Source of the DNA: Candidatus Helarchaeota ASGARD archaeon Hel_GB_B
Lineage (GTDB): Archaea; Asgardarchaeota; Lokiarchaeia; Helarchaeales; HEL-GB-B
NCBI GenBank assembly: GCA_005191425.1
Contig: SUPR01000028.1
Coordinates: forward strand, 1-32,000
Direction: 5' to 3'
Length of the DNA: 32,000 nucleotides
Each line of letters begins with the position of its first letter. Within the stretch, counting starts at the first letter, position 1. The notes below the pieces were generated by a model, which saw only the letters and a list, made by a program, of their open reading frames with translations, was not told the DNA's origin and made no database searches. Positions 9,377 through 18,460 of the stretch are shown one piece after another. The translations under genes and the position numbers were made by a program.

Positions 9377-10279
9377 ATGTTGCATTCAGTAATAATAATA
9401 AAAAAGGATTCCGGAATATGTCTTTTCAGTGAAAAAGAGTTAGATTTTGATTCTACATTATTTTCAGGATTTTTAACGGCGGTACAAAATTTTGCTGAAA
9501 ATTTGAAAATTGGGAGGCTAACAAGCTTTGTTACTAATGATAAGGTAGTAGTAATTTCATCGTCTGAGCAAGTGATTGCATCATTAATAGTAGATTTAGA
9601 AGATAATATCGATGATTGGTTCAGTAAAGCATATATAATTTGTGAAGAATTTGAAAAAAAATATAATTTAGAGGAATGGTCAGGGGAGATTGGAAATTTT
9701 GAGGAGTTTTCAGAAATATTAAAAGAAATATTCAAATCGGAAAAGAAAAACTTTTTAGTAGAAGTAGCTAAATGGGCCAAAAAAGAATTTGGTGGAGAAT
9801 TACAAATTAATGCCTTATTGAGTCCGGAAAAAGGGGCATCAAAATTGAAGGTGGATATATTATTAGATCGAGGAGAACTAGATATTTCAACAATATATGA
9901 CAAGCTTTCGGTTTTTCGATTTCAAGGATTAAAGAAAGACATAATATTTATTAAAGTAATTGATGGAATTGTAGGACGAGGAGAAATAAAAGACTTCATT
10001 GAATCTGTAGAACAATTTGGACAGATGGAAATTGACGAGAAAGACGAAGAAATATTTCCATATTTCCCAAAAATGATCGTAATAGTAGGTAGAGAATTCT
10101 CGGATACAGTATTCGATCTAACAGATAAATTATATAGAGTAAAAAATAAAAAGCATTTTATTCAGTCTAAAAATTTAAATTTGAAATTATTAGGCCCAAT
10201 TGGAAAGTTAGAAATTTTCAATGCATGGGTAGAATATTGGAAATGGAAAGAACCATACCCAGAGAGAATATTTAAATAG
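9377..10279 (+). CDS. Longin-domain protein fused to a C-terminal restriction-endonuclease-like (PD-(D/E)xK) fold
   Basis: N-terminal LHSVIII..DSGICLF...STLFSGFLTAVQNFAE is typical of Asgard longins. C-terminal VDILL...IIFIK...IVG..EI.DF...IVIVG..FS resembles Mrr-type nucleases. Confidence 0.7.
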   Translation: MLHSVIIIKKDSGICLFSEKELDFDSTLFSGFLTAVQNFAENLKIGRLTSFVTNDKVVVISSSEQVIASLIVDLEDNIDDWFSKAYIICEEFEKKYNLEEWSGEIGNFEEFSEILKEIFKSEKKNFLVEVAKWAKKEFGGELQINALLSPEKGASKLKVDILLDRGELDISTIYDKLSVFRFQGLKKDIIFIKVIDGIVGRGEIKDFIESVEQFGQMEIDEKDEEIFPYFPKMIVIVGREFSDTVFDLTDKLYRVKNKKHFIQSKNLNLKLLGPIGKLEIFNAWVEYWKWKEPYPERIFK

Positions 10280-10349
10280 TCATAAAAAGAATACCGAATT
10301 TTCAGTTTTCCATATTAATATTTCAATAATAAATTTTTGTGAGAAAAAT

Positions 10350-11519
10350 TTGTCATTCAAATTAAAAGATTTAATGCCTACAAGAAAAATAATAGAGAGC
10401 GAAGAAGAAATTTTTTATATATTCAATGTAAAAATGGTAAAAAACATTATAGAAATTTTCAAATTTTTTAGATTATATTCGTTTTTCCCAAAAATACCCA
10501 AATCATTTTTAAAATTTTTAGCTCAAGGAGTAAGTCACGTAGTAATAAAAGATGAAACATACAACCAACCAATTATTAAATTCATTAAAAAGATTTTAGG
10601 GAAAAAGATTAATGAAAAATATCCTGGGAGAGAAAAATACATAATAAACAGGATTTTATTTCACAATTTTATAAAAATGTTTGAATTCTTTTTTGAAATA
10701 ATATTATTGATGCCTCATTTTAATATGTATAGACAAATTGATGAATATGTTAAAATAAAAGGACGTAATTATTTAGATAATGCGCTAAAAAAGGGTAATG
10801 GAGTAATAATAGTTTCGGATCATATCGACAATTATCTTCTGTTTCTCATGTTCTTGGCTTTATCGGGTTATAAGGTAAATATAATAATGCAAATTCAGAG
10901 TTATACAAGTATTTTAAAAATTTTAAAAGAATCAGGATTAAAAATAATACCTAGCCCACCTTCAGGAAATGAGAAATTAAGGATAAAAATAAGAAATTTA
11001 ATAGAAAAAGTATTATATAACAATGAAATTTTAATTATTTTACAAGATTTTGGGAGCCAACACTATAAAATAATGGATTTTTTTGATGAACTATGTTATA
11101 CACCAATTGGAGTAGTTTCGCTAGCCTTAAAGTATAATTCACCAATTCTTATGGCTTTTTTCAAGAGTAACAAAAAAAAGTATAGATATAAGATAACAAT
11201 TACCCCTGAATTTAAAATTGAACGCAATTCAGACAAAAAAGCAGATATAATTTTACATAATACGTATAATATAAATAAAATTATAGAAAAACACATAAAA
11301 AGAAATATAATCGATTGGATGATAATCCCAATTTATTATAATAATAGGATATACAAGATTGGTGATATTAAAGATGAAGGTTCTCTTGTTAAAAAAATAT
11401 TGAATAAAATTCAATTTTATGAAAATTTAATAAATAAAAGTTATGAACCAGGACGAGATAGTAAGAAGATTATTTTAGTTTTAAACAAAATGAAGGAAGA
11501 GTTAAAAAGACTGGAATAA
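10350..11519 (+). CDS. LpxL/HtrB/PatA-like acyltransferase, paralog 2
   Basis: GRNYLDNALKKGNGVIIVSDHIDNY and FFDELCYTPIGVVSLALKYNSPIL; co-linear with paralog 1, including the C-terminal YE..RD..KI extension. Confidence 0.82.
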   Translation: MSFKLKDLMPTRKIIESEEEIFYIFNVKMVKNIIEIFKFFRLYSFFPKIPKSFLKFLAQGVSHVVIKDETYNQPIIKFIKKILGKKINEKYPGREKYIINRILFHNFIKMFEFFFEIILLMPHFNMYRQIDEYVKIKGRNYLDNALKKGNGVIIVSDHIDNYLLFLMFLALSGYKVNIIMQIQSYTSILKILKESGLKIIPSPPSGNEKLRIKIRNLIEKVLYNNEILIILQDFGSQHYKIMDFFDELCYTPIGVVSLALKYNSPILMAFFKSNKKKYRYKITITPEFKIERNSDKKADIILHNTYNINKIIEKHIKRNIIDWMIIPIYYNNRIYKIGDIKDEGSLVKKILNKIQFYENLINKSYEPGRDSKKIILVLNKMKEELKRLE

Positions 11520-11618
11520 AAATACCGAATATTAATAAAATAATTACTAATAAAATTATAAAAAGGTGAATATTTAGATTATTATTCAATGTTTTATAGA
11601 TAATTTTAAATTAATGGA

Positions 11619-12365
11619 TTAAAAATTAAGAAATCGGTTTATTTTAAGAATGGAGAAAATACTTACAATTGGTTTAAAATTTCCACCAAGCATATTAATT
11701 TTAATTGCGATAATATATAGTTTTTTTAATAAATATATAATACGGTTTTTAATTTTATCAAGGAAAGAGATTTGGTCGGATTTTTTAGCAAATGTTATTG
11801 AGCCAATGAAACCGATATTTTTGAATTTGTTTCCCATAAAGAGATATTGATAAATGACCTTTTTAGGACCCTTATAAAAACCTAAAGTGTCATGAAAAGC
11901 AATAATTCCAGAGTTAACTAAAAATGGTTCCCATAATTTATAGTCAAGAAGAACATATTTAAATTCATGAGCCCCATCTATCCATAGAAATTCGATTTTT
12001 TTACCATCCCATTCTTTTGCTGCTTTTTGAGATGTTTTAACAATGGGGACAACAATATTATCAAGTTTATACTTAGAAATATTTTTTTTAAAAATTTCAA
12101 AAGTCCAAACTTTTCCGTACCAATCTTTATGTTCAGAAGAGCCAGTGTGCGGGTCGATAGCATAAACTTTAATATTTTTTCCTGCTACTGAGCCTTTACC
12201 AAGCCATATTGTTGACTTTCCATGCCAAGAGCCAATCTCAAGGATAACCCCTTTACCAGTGCAACTTTTAGCCGTGTTATATAGAAAAATTGCCTCTTTA
12301 TCTAAAAGCCAGCCCTTAATACTGGATGTAGACTTTAGCAAATCATTAATTTCGGTTTCAGACAT
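11619..12365 (-). CDS. Class I SAM-dependent methyltransferase (Methyltransf_24-like)
   Basis: LEIGSWHGKST motif I, IDPH, FLWIDGAHEF and GIIAFHD. Confidence 0.88.
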   Translation of the reverse strand: MSETEINDLLKSTSSIKGWLLDKEAIFLYNTAKSCTGKGVILEIGSWHGKSTIWLGKGSVAGKNIKVYAIDPHTGSSEHKDWYGKVWTFEIFKKNISKYKLDNIVVPIVKTSQKAAKEWDGKKIEFLWIDGAHEFKYVLLDYKLWEPFLVNSGIIAFHDTLGFYKGPKKVIYQYLFMGNKFKNIGFIGSITFAKKSDQISFLDKIKNRIIYLLKKLYIIAIKINMLGGNFKPIVSIFSILKINRFLNF

Positions 12366-12612
12366 TTATATGAAGTCCTTTTATAATGTATTTATTAATA
12401 ACAAATAATTTAATATGACAAATATTTTAGAGATAAGCCCATTAAATAAGAATTTAAATTTTGTTAATTATATTTATTTAAATTTTTTAAGATTAAGAAC
12501 TATGTTAAATATTTAAAAATGTTAGATATAAGTCTCTATTTATTTATAATTTGAAATTATTAATAAAATTATGAATAAAAAAAGAAATGAGACCAATGAA
12601 GGTTAGAAATAG

Positions 12613-13770
12613 ATGAGACGTGTCGGGATTATAGCTGCTGGTGAGTCGAAATTTGGAGCACGAGTAGGAATGGAATATGAAGAGTTGTTTGTTGAAGCAT
12701 TTTTAGAAGCGATGGGACAAGTAGATAATTTAGAATCTAAAGATATTCAAGAAGCTTTTGTTGGTTCTTTAGCTTTTGGTGGTTCTCAACTTGGAAATAT
12801 GTCAGCACTTGTTGTTGACTCAGTAAATTTAATAGGAATACCTGCATCAAGAGTTGAAAATGCTTGCGGTTCAAGTGGATATGCTTTACGATATGCTATA
12901 ATGTCAATTGCTTCTGGAATAAATGATATAGTGATTGCAGGTGGAGTTGAAAAAATGCAAGATATTAGCAAAGCAACAAGGTTATATTGGTTTGGAGTTG
13001 CGGGCGACATAAAATGGGAGCGTTTATCTGGTATGACATTTCCTGGAAATTATGCTTTAATGGCGACAAGGCATATGAAAGAATTTGGTACAAAAAAGGA
13101 AGCACTCTCAAGTGTTGCTGTTAAGAATCATGATTTTGCTTCAAGAAATCCAAAAGCTCAATTTCAAAGAAAAATTACATTAGAACAAGCAATGAATGCA
13201 CCAATAGTAGCGTACCCATTAAATATTTATGATTGTTGCCCAATTACGGACGGTGCTTCTTGTGTCATTTTATGTGATTTAGAAATTGCAAAAAAATATA
13301 CAGATACACCTATTGAAATTGTTGGATTTGGTGCCGGGACAGACCATTTGGCATTATATCAAAGAGAATCAATCACAAGAATAGATGCTGCAGTGAAAGC
13401 AAGCAAAATGGCATTTAAAATGGCAAATTTGCAACCTAAAGATATAGAGGTGGCTGAAGTGCATGACTGTTTTACTATTGCAGAAATTTTAGCTTATGAA
13501 GATATTGGGTTCTGTAAAAAAGGTGATGGAGGAAAAATGATTTTAGACGGAGAAACTACTATTCATGGGAGAATTCCAGTAAATACAGGAGGAGGGTTGA
13601 AAGCGAAAGGACACCCAATCGGAGCAACAGGAACAGCTCAAATATATGAAATATTCAAACAATTAAGAGGCGAGCATGAGAATCAAGTGCATGATGCAAC
13701 AATTGGATTAACGCATAATGTAGGAGGCACGGGCTCTGCCTGTACGGTTACAATATTGAGGAGAGTATAA
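12613..13770 (+). CDS. Archaeal/SCPx-type thiolase (acetyl-CoA C-acyltransferase)
   Basis: VENAC(85)GSSG, EVHDCFTIAE, GHPIGATG and THNVGG motifs intact. Confidence 0.93.
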   Translation: MRRVGIIAAGESKFGARVGMEYEELFVEAFLEAMGQVDNLESKDIQEAFVGSLAFGGSQLGNMSALVVDSVNLIGIPASRVENACGSSGYALRYAIMSIASGINDIVIAGGVEKMQDISKATRLYWFGVAGDIKWERLSGMTFPGNYALMATRHMKEFGTKKEALSSVAVKNHDFASRNPKAQFQRKITLEQAMNAPIVAYPLNIYDCCPITDGASCVILCDLEIAKKYTDTPIEIVGFGAGTDHLALYQRESITRIDAAVKASKMAFKMANLQPKDIEVAEVHDCFTIAEILAYEDIGFCKKGDGGKMILDGETTIHGRIPVNTGGGLKAKGHPIGATGTAQIYEIFKQLRGEHENQVHDATIGLTHNVGGTGSACTVTILRRV

Positions 13771-13773
13771 AAA

Positions 13774-14802
13774 ATGAGTAATAATGTAGGGATTATAGGT
13801 TATGGTACATACATACCAAGATATAGGATTAAAAAGGAAGAATATATAAAAACATGGGGGCATTTTTCAGGAAAAATTGAAGAAAAATCAGTAATAGGAT
13901 ATGACGAAGATGTTATTACAATGGCAGTGGAAGCCGGATATAATGCTATCCACAATTCAAGGATAAATAAAAATGACTTAAAATTAATTGCTATTGGAAG
14001 TGTATCATCTCCATATAATGTCAAATCAATGGCATCTGAAGTTGCAATGGCACTAGGACTACCAATGGACATATTATTATTAGATTTTACAGAATCAGAG
14101 AAAGCAGGGACAACAGCATTATCTACGGGAATTGATATAATAGAAAATAAGGGTGGATATGGTCTTATCATAGGGTCAGATGCGCCGCTAGCAACCCCTG
14201 GAGATAGCTTGGAACATGTACAAGCTGCAGCTGCAGCTGCAATAGTTATTGGGAACAATAATAAATCCATTGCCGAAATAGTTGGTAAAAAAACGGCAAA
14301 TATTGAATACATTTCGGATAGATTTAAAAGAAATGGAACAAAAATGATGAAAGACTTAGAAATTGCACCATACTCAAATTATGCTTATAATAACACTATC
14401 AAAAAAACAGTTAACGATTTAACAGATGAGTTAAAGATCAAACTTAATGAATTTGATCATGTTTATATTCAAGGCCATGATTCAAGGCAACCCACACGTA
14501 TTTTTAAACAATTAAATAAAAATAAAATTTATTTGGATACTCTTAGAATTATTGGAGATACAGGTGCAGCATCTGCATTATTGGGTTTAAATGCAATATT
14601 ATATTACAAAGCAAAAGAAAACGACAGAATTCTAATAGTTTCATATGGTTCGGGAGCTGGAAGTGATGCACTTGGAATAAAAGTAAATAGAAAACAAGAT
14701 AAAATTAATGAAATTCCTACAATTGACCAGTATATAAATAGAAAAGAGTATATTAATTATGAAAAATATTTAAAATTTAAAGAATTAATAGATTTGGATT
14801 AA
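13774..14802 (+). CDS. HMG-CoA synthase-like protein, apparently catalytically degenerate
   Basis: Archaeal HMGS scaffold (VGIIGYGTYIPRYRI, DEDVITMAVEA, VSYGSGAGSDA), but GSVS replaces GSES, ESEKAGT replaces FACKAGT, and YIQGH replaces VFHQP. Confidence 0.85.
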   Translation: MSNNVGIIGYGTYIPRYRIKKEEYIKTWGHFSGKIEEKSVIGYDEDVITMAVEAGYNAIHNSRINKNDLKLIAIGSVSSPYNVKSMASEVAMALGLPMDILLLDFTESEKAGTTALSTGIDIIENKGGYGLIIGSDAPLATPGDSLEHVQAAAAAAIVIGNNNKSIAEIVGKKTANIEYISDRFKRNGTKMMKDLEIAPYSNYAYNNTIKKTVNDLTDELKIKLNEFDHVYIQGHDSRQPTRIFKQLNKNKIYLDTLRIIGDTGAASALLGLNAILYYKAKENDRILIVSYGSGAGSDALGIKVNRKQDKINEIPTIDQYINRKEYINYEKYLKFKELIDLD

Positions 14803-14819
14803 TAAAAGGTGAATTAAAA

Positions 14820-15242
14820 GTGGCACATGTGTCAATTCCTAAATATTGGAAAGCTTTACCGCAGAAATATAGATTAGTGGCAGGAAAATGTTCAAATTGT
14901 GGAGAGTTGAATTTTCCACCGACTACATTATGTAAAAAGTGTGGACAAGAAAATACTCAAAAACACATCGAATTAAAAGGAAAAGGTACAGTATATACAT
15001 ATACAATTATTGGAAGAGGAGGAGCTCCTCCGGAATTTGCAAAAATGCAAAAAAAATGCGGGCCATACGCAATAGCCATAGTAGAACTAGAAGAGGGACT
15101 AAAAATAAACGTACAATTAACGGATTGTGATCCTTTCAAAGATGTAAATATAGGAATGAAAGTTTCAGCAGTTTTTAGAAGAATATATGAACAAGAAAAT
15201 GTAATAAGGTACGGTCTAAAATTCAGACCAATTATTGAATAA
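14820..15242 (+). CDS. DUF35 Zn-ribbon/OB-fold protein (thiolase scaffold, acyl-CoA binding)
   Basis: CSNCG...CKKCG zinc ribbon, GTVYTYT, IVELEEG, YGLKFRP; AGGTGA SD before a GTG start. Confidence 0.93.
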   Translation: MAHVSIPKYWKALPQKYRLVAGKCSNCGELNFPPTTLCKKCGQENTQKHIELKGKGTVYTYTIIGRGGAPPEFAKMQKKCGPYAIAIVELEEGLKINVQLTDCDPFKDVNIGMKVSAVFRRIYEQENVIRYGLKFRPIIE

Positions 15243-15301
15243 AAATAAAATTTACAAATCTTAATGATTTAACTTATTAAAAGATTCGTTATGTGAGATA
15301 A

Positions 15302-16366
15302 ATGATCGAATTTAAAAAAATAAAAAAATATGCTGAATTTCATAATCCAATGTATAATTTTGAATTAAAAAAACAGAAAGTAGAGTTCAGAGAGGACCCA
15401 TTAACTGGTCAGAATTGTATAATTCCAGAGTCGCTATTAGATAAAGTAAAAATCATAATGAATAAACCATCTAAAAATATAATTCAAAATATTATCGAAA
15501 ATACCCAAGCTGGATGCCCATTTTGTCCAGATAAAATAATGACGCAAACACCAAATTTTGACGAAAAAATTATTCCAAACGGAAAAATTCAAATTGATGG
15601 AGCAATTGGATTTCCAAATATTTTCTCTTTTTTTGAACATTCTGCTGTTATTGTATTTACCGAGAAACATTTTTTAAATTTAGATGAATTTTCACCAGAT
15701 ATAATTTATTCTGCATTAAAAGTTGCAAGGGAATACACGCATTATATATTAAAAGAATATGAAAATGTTGAATGTAACTGTATTTTAGGTTGTAATTATT
15801 TATATTCGGCAGGTTCTACTATCGTACATCCGCATTTTCAACTTTATTTGTCAGAAAATAATTTTTATTATAATAAAATACTATTGATAAATAGTAAAAA
15901 GTATTTTGAAAAAAATAAAAAGAATTTTTGGGATGATTTAATTAATTCAGAAAAAAATTTAAAAGAACGTTATATAGGGGCAATTGGGACTACAGAATGG
16001 CTTGTTTCATTTGCTCCTCTAGGGGTATATGAAATCCAATGCATAGTTAAAAATAAAACATGTATTCATGAATTTACAGATAATAATCTTAAGGATATAG
16101 CTCAAGGATTATCTAATGTATTAAAATTTTATCATAAAAATAAAGTTACTTCTTTTAATTTTGCTTTATATTCTGCGCCATATAAATCTAAAGATAATTT
16201 AGATGAAATTAGAAAATACTTTTGGAGCTCTATGCGAATTATTGCTAGGCCAAATATAAGTAAAATTCCGCTAAATGATGTTTGGTTTCTCCCAAGGCTT
16301 ATATATGATAATATTTCTCCAGTTGAACCTGAGAAATTATTACAAAAAGTTCAAGATTTTTTTTAA
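15302..16366 (+). CDS. GalT-like HIT-superfamily nucleotidyltransferase (divergent)
   Basis: DPLTG, CPFCP and AGSTIVHPHFQ (HxHxQ) motifs. Confidence 0.78.
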   Translation: MIEFKKIKKYAEFHNPMYNFELKKQKVEFREDPLTGQNCIIPESLLDKVKIIMNKPSKNIIQNIIENTQAGCPFCPDKIMTQTPNFDEKIIPNGKIQIDGAIGFPNIFSFFEHSAVIVFTEKHFLNLDEFSPDIIYSALKVAREYTHYILKEYENVECNCILGCNYLYSAGSTIVHPHFQLYLSENNFYYNKILLINSKKYFEKNKKNFWDDLINSEKNLKERYIGAIGTTEWLVSFAPLGVYEIQCIVKNKTCIHEFTDNNLKDIAQGLSNVLKFYHKNKVTSFNFALYSAPYKSKDNLDEIRKYFWSSMRIIARPNISKIPLNDVWFLPRLIYDNISPVEPEKLLQKVQDFF

Positions 16367-16488
16367 TCCTAAAAGATTAAACATATTTTAAAAGCATTCA
16401 AATTAATTTTTACAATGATATGAGTTTGCAATAGGAGAAAAAAAATTGGAATAAAAATAAAAAAAAATTGGTTGATAAGAAAAATCTT

Positions 16489-17913
16489 TTAAATTTTATT
16501 ATCTTTTACACTAGCTCGTTTATTTTCATGAATTTTTTCAAGTTCCTCTCTCATTTTTTGTAACCTTTCGCCGTGTAATGGAAATTTTATCAAACAAATT
16601 ATAGCAATACAAATAGCAAGAATAGGAAATACTACCATTAAAGATTTTAGGCCAAAAATTACATTAATATTAGGATTCGGTGTATATTCTGCCCAACCAG
16701 CTCCGGTAAACACTAAGGCTACAGTAGTTATTCTTAATAAGATAGAGAATCTATGAATGAATGCATTCATTCCATAATAACTGCCTTCTCGTCTACAGCC
16801 AGTTTTTGTCTCGTCTTCATCAATTATATCACTAATTAAAATATCTACATAATATAATGCTCCGGACAATGGAAAACCGACAATTGCAGTAAATATAATA
16901 CACAAGATAATATCTCCTGAACCTAGAAAAATATATGGTATCATAGTAAAGCACCAGATTATACAACTTATTATAAATGCCTTTCTAAAACCAAATTTTT
17001 TCCCCATTTTTCTGTGGATAGGAAAAGTAAACGCAGCAACAATAAATGCAGCAATTAGTGGTAGGCCTGAGAGAAAGGTTGATTCAGGAGGTATTTCTAA
17101 TACATAAGCAGCATATAATGGAAAAATAGTCGGTAAAAGACCGAATACATACCAAACAAATGTATTTGCTATAACAAAAATGAGAAAACTTTTGTTTTTT
17201 AATGTTATTTTTGCAGCTTCTACAAAACCAGGGCCTTTCTCTACATCATATGCATATTCAGGACGTTCTTTAATACCAAAAAGGACAAAAAATATCCCAA
17301 TACATCCAGTTATTATCGCCAAAAAAATACCATTTATAATGTATTTTGGAAAAATTTCAGTTGCAGTTATTCCATTTTTAGGAACCATTGGAGTAATAAT
17401 AAAGGTTGGGACTACTATTGCAAAAATTAAAGCTATGACAGTAAAACTTTTTATAAAAATATTTGCAGAAGCTCGTTCTTTTTCTGAAGGAAACATTTCC
17501 GGAAATAATGCATTAACATTTACTGAATATAAAGTATAAACACCTTCATTTACATTAATTATAATGAGAAAATAGATAAAATTAATTAAATTGCTTGTAA
17601 ATGGAGCAGTATATAGGAAAATCATTAGCAAACATAATGGCACAAAAGCTATCGTTATATAAAACCGACGTTTACCAAACTTCTTAAACAATTTTGTTCT
17701 GTCTGACAAAAGACCTAATAATGGGTCATTTATAGCATTCCAGATACCCCAGATAGTAAATCCAATCCATAATTGCGTCATATTAAGTCCAATTACGCTA
17801 TAGTAAAATGTGAATACTAGAAATGTAAATGATTGATATGTTAATTGATCAGGAATAGCACTTAAACCAAAAAGAAACTTTTTCTTTAAAGTTGCACCCT
17901 CTTTCTGACTCAT
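16489..17913 (-). CDS. MFS glycoside-pentoside-hexuronide (MelB-like) transporter
   Basis: About 12 TM; NAINDPLLGLLSDRT, FGKRR and DIIDEDETKTGCRREGSYYG signatures. Confidence 0.9.
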   Translation of the reverse strand: MSQKEGATLKKKFLFGLSAIPDQLTYQSFTFLVFTFYYSVIGLNMTQLWIGFTIWGIWNAINDPLLGLLSDRTKLFKKFGKRRFYITIAFVPLCLLMIFLYTAPFTSNLINFIYFLIIINVNEGVYTLYSVNVNALFPEMFPSEKERASANIFIKSFTVIALIFAIVVPTFIITPMVPKNGITATEIFPKYIINGIFLAIITGCIGIFFVLFGIKERPEYAYDVEKGPGFVEAAKITLKNKSFLIFVIANTFVWYVFGLLPTIFPLYAAYVLEIPPESTFLSGLPLIAAFIVAAFTFPIHRKMGKKFGFRKAFIISCIIWCFTMIPYIFLGSGDIILCIIFTAIVGFPLSGALYYVDILISDIIDEDETKTGCRREGSYYGMNAFIHRFSILLRITTVALVFTGAGWAEYTPNPNINVIFGLKSLMVVFPILAICIAIICLIKFPLHGERLQKMREELEKIHENKRASVKDNKI

Positions 17914-18460
17914 TTTTTATTTCACTTAAAGTTATAAATCAATTTTTTAATTATTTATTAAATAACTAAAAATATGTATTTAAATTGAGTTGATTTAATC
18001 CTATATGAATTAAAAGTACAATTTAAAGAAATATTTTAAAATGATAAAATTTTAAACTATAAAAGAAAATATGCCTTAAACTTTTAACAATAACTGTTTC
18101 TATAATCAAACTTAAACTTTTTGAAAAGTATAAAAAAGAACTAAACATAAATATTTATATTAAACATATAATTCCATTTATTGTTGAATTTTCTTTAATT
18201 ATGACAAAATTTTAGTTAATTTATTAGACATTTTTTGTTTTATAAATAAATTAAAGATTATTTAAGAGAATTAAATAAATGAATATAAGATATAAGTAAT
18301 CTTAGCATTGCTAAATTAGTTGTACCTTAAAAATTATGTTAAATAATTTTTGAATATTACGAAGTTAAATAAGATATTAAAAAAGGTTAAAAATATAACT
18401 ATATTATTCAATTTTATTAAATATTTAAAATTAAACTCTTAATTTATAAATCAAAAAATA

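Noticed and set aside
9355-9903. 182-aa minus-strand ORF
   Set aside because: Antisense to the longin fusion; Ser-rich shadow composition.
13800-14312. 170-aa minus-strand ORF with a poly-Ala run
   Set aside because: Mirror of QAAAAAA in the HMGS-like gene (GCTGCA is near-palindromic); not a separate gene or repeat element.
13774-14802. Calling the HMGS-like gene a pseudogene
   Set aside because: Full length, no frameshift or stop, tightly coupled to its neighbours; the loss is concentrated at catalytic residues, which fits a scaffold role better.
17180-17539. 119-aa + strand ORF
   Set aside because: Antisense to the GPH transporter.
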